Below, one piece after another: positions 1 to 8,547 of a stretch of DNA of 51,434 nucleotides. The stretch spans positions 1 to 51,434 of the forward strand of contig LFSZ01000031.1 in assembly GCA_001512885.1 (NCBI GenBank), given 5' to 3'. Made by a program: the position numbers and the translations under genes. Source of the stretch: Rikenellaceae bacterium DTU001. GTDB taxonomy: Bacteria; Bacteroidota; Bacteroidia; Bacteroidales; DTU049. Positions within the stretch are counted from its first letter, which is position 1. Each line of letters opens with the position of its first letter. The notes under the pieces are model-generated. The model saw only the letters and a program-made list of their open reading frames with translations, ran no database searches and was not told where the DNA came from.

Positions 1-106
1 CGGCTTCTAATTTTTTCATTAGAGAATAAAGGTTGTCTAAGAATTCTTTATTCTCTTCCTTGCTCATAGCAAGGTATTTACTGGTGTTTTCCACTATTTT
101 TTTCAT
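1..106 (-). CDS. 5' fragment (runs off window edge) of a probable IS1595-like transposase paralog
   Basis: Manual translation from ATG at 106: MKKIVENTSKYLAMSKEENKEFLDNLYSLMKKLEA. YLAMSKEENKEFLDNLYSLM aligns with YQALPKEQKRRFLDNLYQFL of ORF 12152-13138 (10/20 identical). Not in the ORF track. Confidence 0.65.
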   Translation of the reverse strand, partial: MKKIVENTSKYLAMSKEENKEFLDNLYSLMKKLEA

Positions 107-337
107 GAATAATAATTTTTGTAAAAATATAAAAATTATTTAACATATAAACTTGAAAAACTTAAACATTTATTAATTTCAACCATCTAAACACTTTTTT
201 TCTAATCTATATCGTGCATCAATATCGTTAATAAATTATTAATTTACTACTTGATTTTAAATATTTATATAACTAGAAATTGATTTGCTTTGATGCTAGC
301 AAATTTGAAGCAATAATGTTTTTATAATAATTTTTGT

Positions 338-2431
338 TTAAAACTTAACTCTCAATTGCAAATGTAAATCTGTTTTATGATTTCCTTGTATTTCATTTAA
401 TCCACTACCAATTACATTGCGATCAAAATATGTTGTACGAGCTAAATAAGCCCAAAAATCCAAATATTTATTAATGGTATATTTGATATTAATCACATAT
501 CTAGCACCTTTATAATAATAAGATGGGAATGAGTAAGCATAAAGTACATCATTTTCATAACCATAAATTCGCTCATCATAGCTATAAGTATCAAAATATA
601 TGAATGTTAAATGAAAAGATAATGGGAAACGACCCTTTTTATAAGACAATGTTTGAGAAACTGCAAATCCATCATGATTATAATCATCACCTTTGCGATA
701 ATTTACATAATCTACTCTAAATTTGTATCTAAATGATGGTGACAACTGAAAAACTCCATTTAAGCGATAATTATCTTTTTTGGTTTCTATTAATTTTTTT
801 ACATATAAATCATCTTTATTTAAATATTTAGTTTCATGTTTATATCTAAAATAAATTGAATTTTTTTTATCAAATTTATAATTAAGCTGTACCAAAGCTT
901 CCATACCTTCACTAGGAGCGTTTACTCTATAACGTAGCCATGGAAAAGAAAATAAATCAAAATAAGCAGTTAGATTTAATTTATGAGTTAAATTAGCATT
1001 GAGTCCAAAATACAAACCTTGCTCATTACTTGCCTTACTGCCCTCCTGCAGTGGTGATGCGTAAAAAACAAAATACTTGGGATCAAAATACCTATGAAGT
1101 AATGAAAATGACAAATTTTTATCAGTTACCGCCATTATTCCATTAATAGTAGCTATACCACCATTAGATGAATATGCTTCTTCTCCAAAAATATTGAAAT
1201 TTTTCCAAATATAACTATAATCAATAGAAGCTACATTGAGTGTAGTGCCACTAAATTCATACATTCTATATAGTTCGTCTCTAGATCCTAAAGGCTTATC
1301 TAAAATTGTAGTAAAAGCTGTAGCCCCTATACGTAATCTTTTATTTAGTGATGTATATTGAATATTACCTCCACCTATAAATTGTTTTATAGCATCTTTT
1401 TTGTTATAAGATGACACTGTATTATGTAAGCCAGTTTCTACAATACTAGATATATAATAATCTTCATAACTCATAGTATCACCTTCTACACTAGCATCTA
1501 TTTTTTTGTAACTAACAAAACCCAATATTTCGAGGCGTTTAGAAATTTTAGCATTTAGAGCCACACCCCTAAGAAATCTATTTTCATCAGCAGAAGTGTA
1601 TTGCTTGATGCCGGTAGCATTTCTCTTTGTAAAAACTGCATCTGCAGTCTTGCCAAAGCTCATACCTGTCCACATAGTAAGTCCTTGACCTAATTGCAAA
1701 TTATAATCTCCTAAGGCTATAGCTTTAAAAGGTCCTACATTACGAATAAAAAAATGTGCAGAATAAAAGTCAAACCCTTGTTTTTGTGTGCCTTTAAAAA
1801 ATTCCTCTCCGGGATCTTTCTCAGCAGTAAAACCAAAGCTAATCAAATTGTAATATTTGAATTGATACCTCGTATATAATTTGTATGGACTACCCAAGTA
1901 CCTGCTATTAGGATTAGCAGCCAAAGTAGAATCATCGATAGCTTTGTAACCTTTTTGTTTTTCTAAAGTTTGCATATAACGGATAAATAATTGAGAATTA
2001 CCTTCTTTCATTACTTCTGAAAAATTATATTTATGAGCTACCCCTACGTCACTTATTTTCACAAATGGTAATATTTTATTTATAGTTGCTAAATCCCAAC
2101 CTTCAATAGATTGCAACTCATACAAGCTATGTAGTTTACCATTTCTCTGGATATGATCAAAAAAATTAATAATCTGTATGTCAGTTAATAATCCCAAATC
2201 TCTTAATTCGTCCACAGTAGTTTTATTTAAGTTTATTGGATGCTTCAAATAGTATTCTAATTTTTCAGTTAATTCGCTGAAATCCGCTTCTTCTACTCCA
2301 CTCTCCTCTGCAATATATTCAATATTTTGCTGTATAATATCTAACTCTTCAGGTTCATCTATCTCTACCTGTCCTGATAGATATGAAAAAAAACAGATAA
2401 AGACAAAAAATATATAAATCTTAGCTTTCAT
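338..2431 (-). CDS. Helix-hairpin-helix (ComEA-like) domain outer-membrane protein
   Basis: Signal peptide; HhH-type segment PINLNKTTVDELRDLGLL...GKLHSLYELQSIEGWD; long beta-rich C-terminal region ending in F. Confidence 0.8.
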   Translation of the reverse strand: MKAKIYIFFVFICFFSYLSGQVEIDEPEELDIIQQNIEYIAEESGVEEADFSELTEKLEYYLKHPINLNKTTVDELRDLGLLTDIQIINFFDHIQRNGKLHSLYELQSIEGWDLATINKILPFVKISDVGVAHKYNFSEVMKEGNSQLFIRYMQTLEKQKGYKAIDDSTLAANPNSRYLGSPYKLYTRYQFKYYNLISFGFTAEKDPGEEFFKGTQKQGFDFYSAHFFIRNVGPFKAIALGDYNLQLGQGLTMWTGMSFGKTADAVFTKRNATGIKQYTSADENRFLRGVALNAKISKRLEILGFVSYKKIDASVEGDTMSYEDYYISSIVETGLHNTVSSYNKKDAIKQFIGGGNIQYTSLNKRLRIGATAFTTILDKPLGSRDELYRMYEFSGTTLNVASIDYSYIWKNFNIFGEEAYSSNGGIATINGIMAVTDKNLSFSLLHRYFDPKYFVFYASPLQEGSKASNEQGLYFGLNANLTHKLNLTAYFDLFSFPWLRYRVNAPSEGMEALVQLNYKFDKKNSIYFRYKHETKYLNKDDLYVKKLIETKKDNYRLNGVFQLSPSFRYKFRVDYVNYRKGDDYNHDGFAVSQTLSYKKGRFPLSFHLTFIYFDTYSYDERIYGYENDVLYAYSFPSYYYKGARYVINIKYTINKYLDFWAYLARTTYFDRNVIGSGLNEIQGNHKTDLHLQLRVKF

Positions 2432-2433
2432 TT

Positions 2434-3285
2434 CTAATAAATTATATTAGGTTTTTGATGTTCTTTTTTAAAAGCATAACTCATAGAAATAGAAGGCGAA
2501 AAACCAAGAGTTTGGTGCCATGAGCTTGATATGTCTACTATAAAGTTTTGTATTCTATAGCCTATACCAAAACTAACTCTAGCTGGTGTTGTTTGAAAAC
2601 CACCTCTCACGTATAATCTATCATTAAATGAGAAATTAGTACCAAATCTGAGTGATGGGTTATTATTGCTTTCCTTCAGAATATCTAGCATTAATGAAGA
2701 CTGTTTAGCTATTTGATACATAAATCCTAATGAACCAACTATTGGTAATCTATCATACTCATAAGTTCCAAGTTTAGAATGATTTAAATTAGCAATCATT
2801 GTACCAAAATACAAGTTATCGATGATTTTAACTTGTAAACCAGCATCGAAACCAATAGTACCAATCCCACTATACTCAGGCTGATTAGAAGTGAGTAAAA
2901 AATATTTGATTGTTAAACCAGCTGATACTCTATCAGCAAATACTCTAGAGTAACCAAGTGAAAAAGTATTATACAATAAAGAACTAGCACCAAATTGAGA
3001 AATATGAGCTGAAATAACACCTGCATCACCATTAAACACATGAGCATAAGCAATATCCCTATACCCAAGTTCTTTTAGTAAATATTTATTGTAATAGTTG
3101 ATCCCAAGCTGATGATTATTCAACCATCCTAACCCTGCAGGATTCATCAAGCCTGACCAGAAACCAGGTACTGCAGATGCACTGTTTCCATAACCAAGAG
3201 TAGAAGCACTCTCATAACTAAATTGGCCTGATAATGTATTAATTGACAAAATCAATACTAATGAAAATAATAAAATTTTTCTCAT
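2434..3285 (-). CDS. Outer-membrane beta-barrel protein (PorV/PorQ/FadL-like, NPAG motif)
   Basis: Signal peptide, NPAGL motif, alternating beta-strand pattern; ends 2 nt before the HhH gene start. Confidence 0.65.
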   Translation of the reverse strand: MRKILLFSLVLILSINTLSGQFSYESASTLGYGNSASAVPGFWSGLMNPAGLGWLNNHQLGINYYNKYLLKELGYRDIAYAHVFNGDAGVISAHISQFGASSLLYNTFSLGYSRVFADRVSAGLTIKYFLLTSNQPEYSGIGTIGFDAGLQVKIIDNLYFGTMIANLNHSKLGTYEYDRLPIVGSLGFMYQIAKQSSLMLDILKESNNNPSLRFGTNFSFNDRLYVRGGFQTTPARVSFGIGYRIQNFIVDISSSWHQTLGFSPSISMSYAFKKEHQKPNIIY

Positions 3286-3291
3286 AAAAGA

Positions 3292-3777
3292 TTATTTACT
3301 TAATTTTTTTTCTAATTCTTTTTGGTCCTTAGCGATTTTTTCTTTCATTTTATTCTTGTAATCAATGAGTTTTTGTTTAAGTTTGACATCATTAATAGCT
3401 AAAATTTCGATTGCTAGCAACGCTGCATTCTGAGCTGCATTGATGCCAACTGTAGCCACAGCTATACCTGATGGCATTTGCACAATTGATAATAATGAAT
3501 CTATCCCTTGTAAACTAGTATTAATTGGTATACCTATTACAGGTACTATAGTATTAGCAGCTACTACTCCAGGTAGATGGGCAGACAAACCAGCGGCAGC
3601 AATAAATACTTTAGTACCTTTTTCAGTTGCTTCTTTAACATATTTAGCTGTTTCGTCTGGTGTCCTATGTGCAGATAATATTTGTACATCATATTCTACA
3701 TTAAAATCTTCTAATAAATCAATTGCCTTTTTTATAATATCGAAATCAGAAATGCTTCCAATTATTATTGAGATCAT
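3292..3777 (-). CDS. purE: N5-carboxyaminoimidazole ribonucleotide mutase
   Basis: GSISD, SAHRTP, AGLSAHLPG and SIVQMPSG motifs. Confidence 0.97.
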   Translation of the reverse strand: MISIIIGSISDFDIIKKAIDLLEDFNVEYDVQILSAHRTPDETAKYVKEATEKGTKVFIAAAGLSAHLPGVVAANTIVPVIGIPINTSLQGIDSLLSIVQMPSGIAVATVGINAAQNAALLAIEILAINDVKLKQKLIDYKNKMKEKIAKDQKELEKKLSK

Positions 3778-3796
3778 AACTTTATATATTTATGAG

Positions 3797-3804
3797 CAAA
3801 TGTA
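3797..3804 (-). promoter_or_regulatory. Bacteroidota primary-sigma -7 box (TACATTTG) for the purE operon
   Basis: Matches TAnnTTTG ~20 nt upstream of purE. Confidence 0.6.
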
Positions 3805-3821
3805 AATAAAAAAATTAATAT

Positions 3822-3855
3822 AAAAAAAGAGCATTTATTTGAATGCTCTTTTTTT
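3822..3855 (-). terminator. Intrinsic terminator after the decarboxylase operon (bidirectional-type)
   Basis: AAAAAAAGAGCATTT...GAATGCTCTTTTTTT hairpin just past the oadB stop. Confidence 0.8.
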
Positions 3856-3864
3856 TCTAATAAA

Positions 3865-5019
3865 TTATGCTAAAAAGCTGAGTAAAAGACCAGCAGCTAC
3901 AGCACTACCTATCACACCAGCTACATTAGGTCCCATAGCATGCATGAGTAAATGGTTTGATGGATCATACTCTAGTCCTATCATTTCTGATACACGAGCA
4001 GCATCTGGTACAGCGGATACTCCCGCATTACCTATTAAAGGATTAATTTTATTTTCAGGTTTTTTAATAAATAAATTCATTATTTTAACACCTAAAACTC
4101 CACCAAAAGTAGCAATCATAAAGGATAAAGCACCTAAAGCAAAAATACCTAAAGATTTAACAGTTAGAAAAGTAGAAGCTTGAGTAGATGCACCTACAGT
4201 TAAACCAATTAAAATGGTAACAATATCTAACATGGGACCACTTGCTGTTTCAGCTAGTCTACGAGTGACACCACTCTCACGGAGCAAATTGCCAAAGAAA
4301 AGCATTCCTAATAATGGTAAACCTGATGGTACTATCAATGTAGTAAGTAAAATACCTAAAATAGGAAATAAAACCTTTTCTTTTTTAGAAATAGCACGTG
4401 GTGGTTTCATACGAATCGTTCGTTCTTTTTTGGTAGTCATAGCTCTCATAATAGGTGGTTGAAGTACAGGTACTAGTGCCATATAACTATATGCTGAGAT
4501 CGCAATAGCACCTATCAAATGAGGCGCTAATCTAGAGCTTAAAAATATAGCTGTAGGACCATCTGCCCCACCTATGATACCTATAGCACCAGCTTCAGTA
4601 GGAGTATAACCAAATAACAATGCCAAAATCAAAGCACCAAAAATACCTAATTGAGCTGCAGCTCCAATAATAAAGAGTTTGGGATTAGATAGTAGAGCAC
4701 TAAAATCTGTCATAGCCCCTATACCTAAAAATATTAGTGGTGGATAGATCCCTTTAATCACACCAAAATAAAGATAATTTAATACACTACCCTCCTCGTA
4801 TATACCTATTTGCAATCCTGGCACAGAAGGTATATTGCCTAATATAATACCAAAACCTATTGGTATTAGTAGATATGGTTCGTACTGCTTAGTAATAGCT
4901 AATGCAATAAAAAAAAGACCTACTAAGATCATTATTACATTACCCCAACTCATATTAGCGAAGGCAGTATAGTTAAGAAATTTCTCTAAATTCTGAGTAA
5001 CAAAACCTAAAAAATCCAT
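3865..5019 (-). CDS. oadB: Na+-translocating decarboxylase beta subunit (MmdB/OadB)
   Basis: Very hydrophobic; IGIIGGADGPT, GVSAVP and HAMGPNVAGVIGSA signatures. Confidence 0.95.
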   Translation of the reverse strand: MDFLGFVTQNLEKFLNYTAFANMSWGNVIMILVGLFFIALAITKQYEPYLLIPIGFGIILGNIPSVPGLQIGIYEEGSVLNYLYFGVIKGIYPPLIFLGIGAMTDFSALLSNPKLFIIGAAAQLGIFGALILALLFGYTPTEAGAIGIIGGADGPTAIFLSSRLAPHLIGAIAISAYSYMALVPVLQPPIMRAMTTKKERTIRMKPPRAISKKEKVLFPILGILLTTLIVPSGLPLLGMLFFGNLLRESGVTRRLAETASGPMLDIVTILIGLTVGASTQASTFLTVKSLGIFALGALSFMIATFGGVLGVKIMNLFIKKPENKINPLIGNAGVSAVPDAARVSEMIGLEYDPSNHLLMHAMGPNVAGVIGSAVAAGLLLSFLA

Positions 5020-5022
5020 AAA

Positions 5023-5451
5023 TCAACCTCCTATTTCTACTAAAATTTGACCTTCACTAATGGTATCACCTTTATGTACATGTATTTTTTTAACTATACC
5101 AGCGCTGTCAGCTTTTATTTCATTTTCCATTTTCATAGCTTCGATTATCAATAAATTTTGTCCACGTTGCACTGTATCTCCCTCTCTAACTAATATATTA
5201 AGTACTGTACCAGGCAAAGGGGATCTTATTTGTTTAGTAGCCATTACCTCTACTGGTTCTGGTATAGTCTCTTTTACAGATTTATTAACAACGGTAGAAA
5301 CCAGAGTTGGTGTTTTGGGTATTTCAATTTCTTTTGATAGTTCCACTTCATAAATAGTGCCATTTACATTTACTTCGACACGATTATCTTGGACATTTCC
5401 TATTTCTACACTATATTTATTTCCATTAATTGTTAGATCTATTTTTTTCAT
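5023..5451 (-). CDS. Biotin carboxyl carrier subunit (MmdC-like)
   Basis: SPLPG and EAMKMEN biotinylation motif. Confidence 0.95.
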   Translation of the reverse strand: MKKIDLTINGNKYSVEIGNVQDNRVEVNVNGTIYEVELSKEIEIPKTPTLVSTVVNKSVKETIPEPVEVMATKQIRSPLPGTVLNILVREGDTVQRGQNLLIIEAMKMENEIKADSAGIVKKIHVHKGDTISEGQILVEIGG

Positions 5452-6358
5452 AAATAAATTTTTTGGGTAAATGAATTCTTTGTGGTGTTGGTGTTAAATT
5501 ATAGAGTTTTGAACTCCAAGGGGAATAAGGTTTTTGAATTTTTTTAATTGTAATAACAGTACTTTCATAATCATGAATACTAAGTAGATATAGATGCAAA
5601 GCAGTACCAATGGCCGCTACGACTTCACTACTTATTTCTTCTTCTGCTTGGATAATTTCGGTTTTTACTGTTTCACCTTCTTTTTTGATTTCTATTTTTT
5701 TAATTTTAGCTATTGGCTTTTTAATTTGCATAATATAATAAAAAGCCAAATATAGTATTATCAATATTATAATAACTATACTAAAACAGATAATAGAAAT
5801 ACCTATACCGTAAGGATCGAGTTTTTTTACAATCTCATCAGGGGTTTCATAGACTTTAATGTCATTTGATAGCAATGGAGTACTAATTTTTGTTAAAGTC
5901 CATTCACCAGTTCCATCAATTTTTCTTTTTAGAAATGTTTCATGCTCGATTGCGGAAGGATCAAATACTAAAGAGTCTATAATAGTTCTTCCATTAGATA
6001 ATACTAATGCCAAATATCCAGTTTTGGTAGATAAAGGTGCTACCAAAGGATGACAATGTTCAGTAGTATCTAAATATAATACTAAAAAACCATTGGGTGA
6101 TATATTAAATACATCACTTTTAGGTAATTGATATTTCTTTAAGTTTTCTCTATCATCAGTTAAATACATAGTTCCAATGTTTAATGATACTAGAGAAGTA
6201 TTATATAACTCTATCCATGGACTTTTATTTCCTAGTGGATTAGTAAGATCTCCATCATAATTTGGTGAAATTTCATTTATTCTAATATCAGAAATATTTT
6301 GTGAAAAATTAGTCATTGCTAATAACAAAAGCATAAAAAACAAAACAACTCTTTTCAT
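5426..6358 (-). CDS. Lamin-tail-domain / OadG (gamma/delta subunit) fusion protein
   Basis: Likely start MKRVV (6358); signal peptide; LTD motifs INEI...WIELYN...YLTD; one TM helix; EVVAAI..ALHLY and SPWSSK of OadG-type subunits. Confidence 0.8.
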   Translation of the reverse strand: MKRVVLFFMLLLLAMTNFSQNISDIRINEISPNYDGDLTNPLGNKSPWIELYNTSLVSLNIGTMYLTDDRENLKKYQLPKSDVFNISPNGFLVLYLDTTEHCHPLVAPLSTKTGYLALVLSNGRTIIDSLVFDPSAIEHETFLKRKIDGTGEWTLTKISTPLLSNDIKVYETPDEIVKKLDPYGIGISIICFSIVIIILIILYLAFYYIMQIKKPIAKIKKIEIKKEGETVKTEIIQAEEEISSEVVAAIGTALHLYLLSIHDYESTVITIKKIQKPYSPWSSKLYNLTPTPQRIHLPKKFIYEKNRSNN

Positions 6359-6369
6359 AATATTATCAA

Positions 6370-7929
6370 TTATAAAGGACAATTAGAATGTTTTTTAGGT
6401 GGGAGATTTTGTTTTTTTGTAGATAGGGAATATAAAGCTCTTATAATGCGAAATCTAGTATTTCTAGGTTCTATTACATCATCTATATATCCATAGCGAG
6501 CAGCTTCATATGGAGAGCAGAATTTTTCAGTATATTCATTAATTTTTTCTTCTATATATTTTTTTCTTTCTTCCTCATCTTGTATAGCTAATATATTTTT
6601 TCTTTCTAAAATTTCAATAGCAGCACTAGCACCCATAACGGCAATTTCAGCAGTAGGCCAAGCATAATTAATATCTGCTCTTAATTGTTTACACCCCATC
6701 ACGTCGTGAGCTCCACCATAAGATTTTCTCAAGGTAACAGTTATTTTAGGTACCGTAGCTTCTCCATAAGCAAATAATAATTTAGCACCATGCACTATAA
6801 TGCCACCATACTCCTGTGTAGTGCCAGGCATAAAACCAGGTACATCTACTAATGTTATTATAGGAATATTAAATGCATCACAAAAACGAACAAATCTAGC
6901 ACCTTTGCGAGAAGCATTAATATCTAAAACACCAGCTAGATAATTTGGTTGATTAGCTACTATACCCACACTCATACCTCCTAAACGTGCAAAACCAACT
7001 ACAATATTTTGAGCATATTGTGCGTGTACCTCTAAAAATTCTCCATTATCTACTATGCGAGTAATTATATCTTTGATATCATAAGGTTTATTAGGATTTT
7101 CTGGAATTATATAATTTAAATAATCATCAAGTCTATCAATAGGATCACCAGTATCTACAAAAGGTGGATCTTCCAGATTATTAGATGGTAAATAACTAAA
7201 AAGTTTACGAATAAGTAAAAGTCCTTCTTCTTCTGTCTCAGAGACGAAATGAGCGACACCTGATTTATTAGCATGTACATCTGGACCTCCGAGTTCTTCA
7301 TCAGTTACTATCTCACCAGTAACAGTTTTCACTACTTTAGGTCCTGTAACAAACATAAAGCTATTTTTCTTAGACATTACTATAAAATCTGTCAATGCGG
7401 GAGAGTAGACTGCACCACCAGCACAAGGTCCAAAAACAGCACTTATTTGCGGTATCACACCAGAAGCCAAAATATTACGTTCAAAAATATCTGCATATCC
7501 AGCTAAGCTACGAACACCTTCTTGTATACGCGCTCCTCCAGAGTCATTGATACCTATTACTGGAGCTCCATTTTCCATTGCCAGATCCATTATTTTACAA
7601 ATTTTTTGAGCATATGACTCTGACAATGAACCACCAAAGACAGTAAAATCCTGAGAAAATACATATACTAATCTACCATCTATCGTGCCATAGCCGGTTA
7701 CAACGCCATCACCATAATATAATTCTTTTTCTAAACCAAAGTCTGTGCATCTGTGAGTAACAAACATATCAAACTCTTCAAAAGAGCCTTCGTCTAATAA
7801 AATGTTTATTCGCTCTCGAGCTGTCAATTTACCTTTGGAATGTTGAGCTTCAATGCGTTTTTGCCCTCCTCCTAGTAAGGCTTGCTTACGCTTTTCTAAT
7901 AATTCTTCTATTTTTTTTTCTATTGACAT
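6370..7929 (-). CDS. mmdA: Methylmalonyl-CoA decarboxylase alpha / acyl-CoA carboxylase carboxyltransferase subunit
   Basis: [26 protein letters not shown] and YGGA motifs; operon context. Confidence 0.92.
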   Translation of the reverse strand: MSIEKKIEELLEKRKQALLGGGQKRIEAQHSKGKLTARERINILLDEGSFEEFDMFVTHRCTDFGLEKELYYGDGVVTGYGTIDGRLVYVFSQDFTVFGGSLSESYAQKICKIMDLAMENGAPVIGINDSGGARIQEGVRSLAGYADIFERNILASGVIPQISAVFGPCAGGAVYSPALTDFIVMSKKNSFMFVTGPKVVKTVTGEIVTDEELGGPDVHANKSGVAHFVSETEEEGLLLIRKLFSYLPSNNLEDPPFVDTGDPIDRLDDYLNYIIPENPNKPYDIKDIITRIVDNGEFLEVHAQYAQNIVVGFARLGGMSVGIVANQPNYLAGVLDINASRKGARFVRFCDAFNIPIITLVDVPGFMPGTTQEYGGIIVHGAKLLFAYGEATVPKITVTLRKSYGGAHDVMGCKQLRADINYAWPTAEIAVMGASAAIEILERKNILAIQDEEERKKYIEEKINEYTEKFCSPYEAARYGYIDDVIEPRNTRFRIIRALYSLSTKKQNLPPKKHSNCPL

Positions 7930-7938
7930 GAATATTTA

Positions 7939-8352
7939 TTATTTATCGTTTTTATTTTCGCATAATTCTATTAAAACACCACCCGCACTTTTAGGATGGA
8001 TAAATGCTATATGCAAGCCCTCTGCTCCCAATCGTGGTTTTTCATCTATTAATTGTATGTTTTTTTCTTTTAATTCCTGAAGGGCGCCTTCTATATTATT
8101 TACAGCTAATGCTACATGATGTACTCCTTCGCCTCTCTTTTCGATAAATTTAGAAATTGTACTATCTGGTTCTGTTCCTTCTAAAAGTTCTATTTTATTT
8201 TGCCCTATTTGAAAAAAAGCTGTTTTTACCTTTTGATCTTTTACCTCTTCGATAGCATAACATTTTATACCCAACATGTTTTCAAATTTTTTTATGCTTT
8301 CTTGTAAATTTTTAACAGCTATGCCGATATGTTCTATATGTGTTAAATTCAT
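7939..8352 (-). CDS. mce: Methylmalonyl-CoA epimerase
   Basis: [18 protein letters not shown] and [14 protein letters not shown]; start moved to MNLTH (8352) because a -7 box overlaps the longer ORF start. Confidence 0.95.
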   Translation of the reverse strand: MNLTHIEHIGIAVKNLQESIKKFENMLGIKCYAIEEVKDQKVKTAFFQIGQNKIELLEGTEPDSTISKFIEKRGEGVHHVALAVNNIEGALQELKEKNIQLIDEKPRLGAEGLHIAFIHPKSAGGVLIELCENKNDK

Positions 8353-8367
8353 AATTACATTTTTTTG

Positions 8368-8375
8368 CAAAGGTA
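8368..8375 (-). promoter_or_regulatory. -7 box (TACCTTTG) for the mce-mmd operon
   Basis: TAnnTTTG match upstream of mce. Confidence 0.6.
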
Positions 8376-8489
8376 ACAATTTTTTTATATAAAAAAAATA
8401 AGAAATTAAAATGATTATTAATTAAATTTAAAAAATTGTAAAAAAATTAAAATTCCATATTTATTATTTTTCATTTAAAAATAAATTTA

Positions 8490-8497
8490 TAATTTTG
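8490..8497 (+). promoter_or_regulatory. -7 box (TAATTTTG) for rpsA
   Basis: TAnnTTTG match ~50 nt upstream of rpsA. Confidence 0.6.
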
Positions 8498-8531
8498 CAA
8501 ACAAAAAACTTAATTAAAAGTTTTTCTACAG

Positions 8532-8538
8532 AAAGGAG
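8532..8538 (+). promoter_or_regulatory. Shine-Dalgarno-like sequence AAAGGAG upstream of rpsA
   Basis: GAAAGGAGAAAACATGAATG; 9 nt before the rpsA ATG and 5 nt before an out-of-frame ATG. Confidence 0.6.
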
Positions 8539-8547
8539 AAAACATGA

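Noticed and set aside
3440-5353. Plus-strand ORFs 3440-3805, 3839-4183, 4214-4462 and 5060-5353
   Set aside because: Antisense shadows of purE, oadB and the biotin carrier, with no recognisable motifs.
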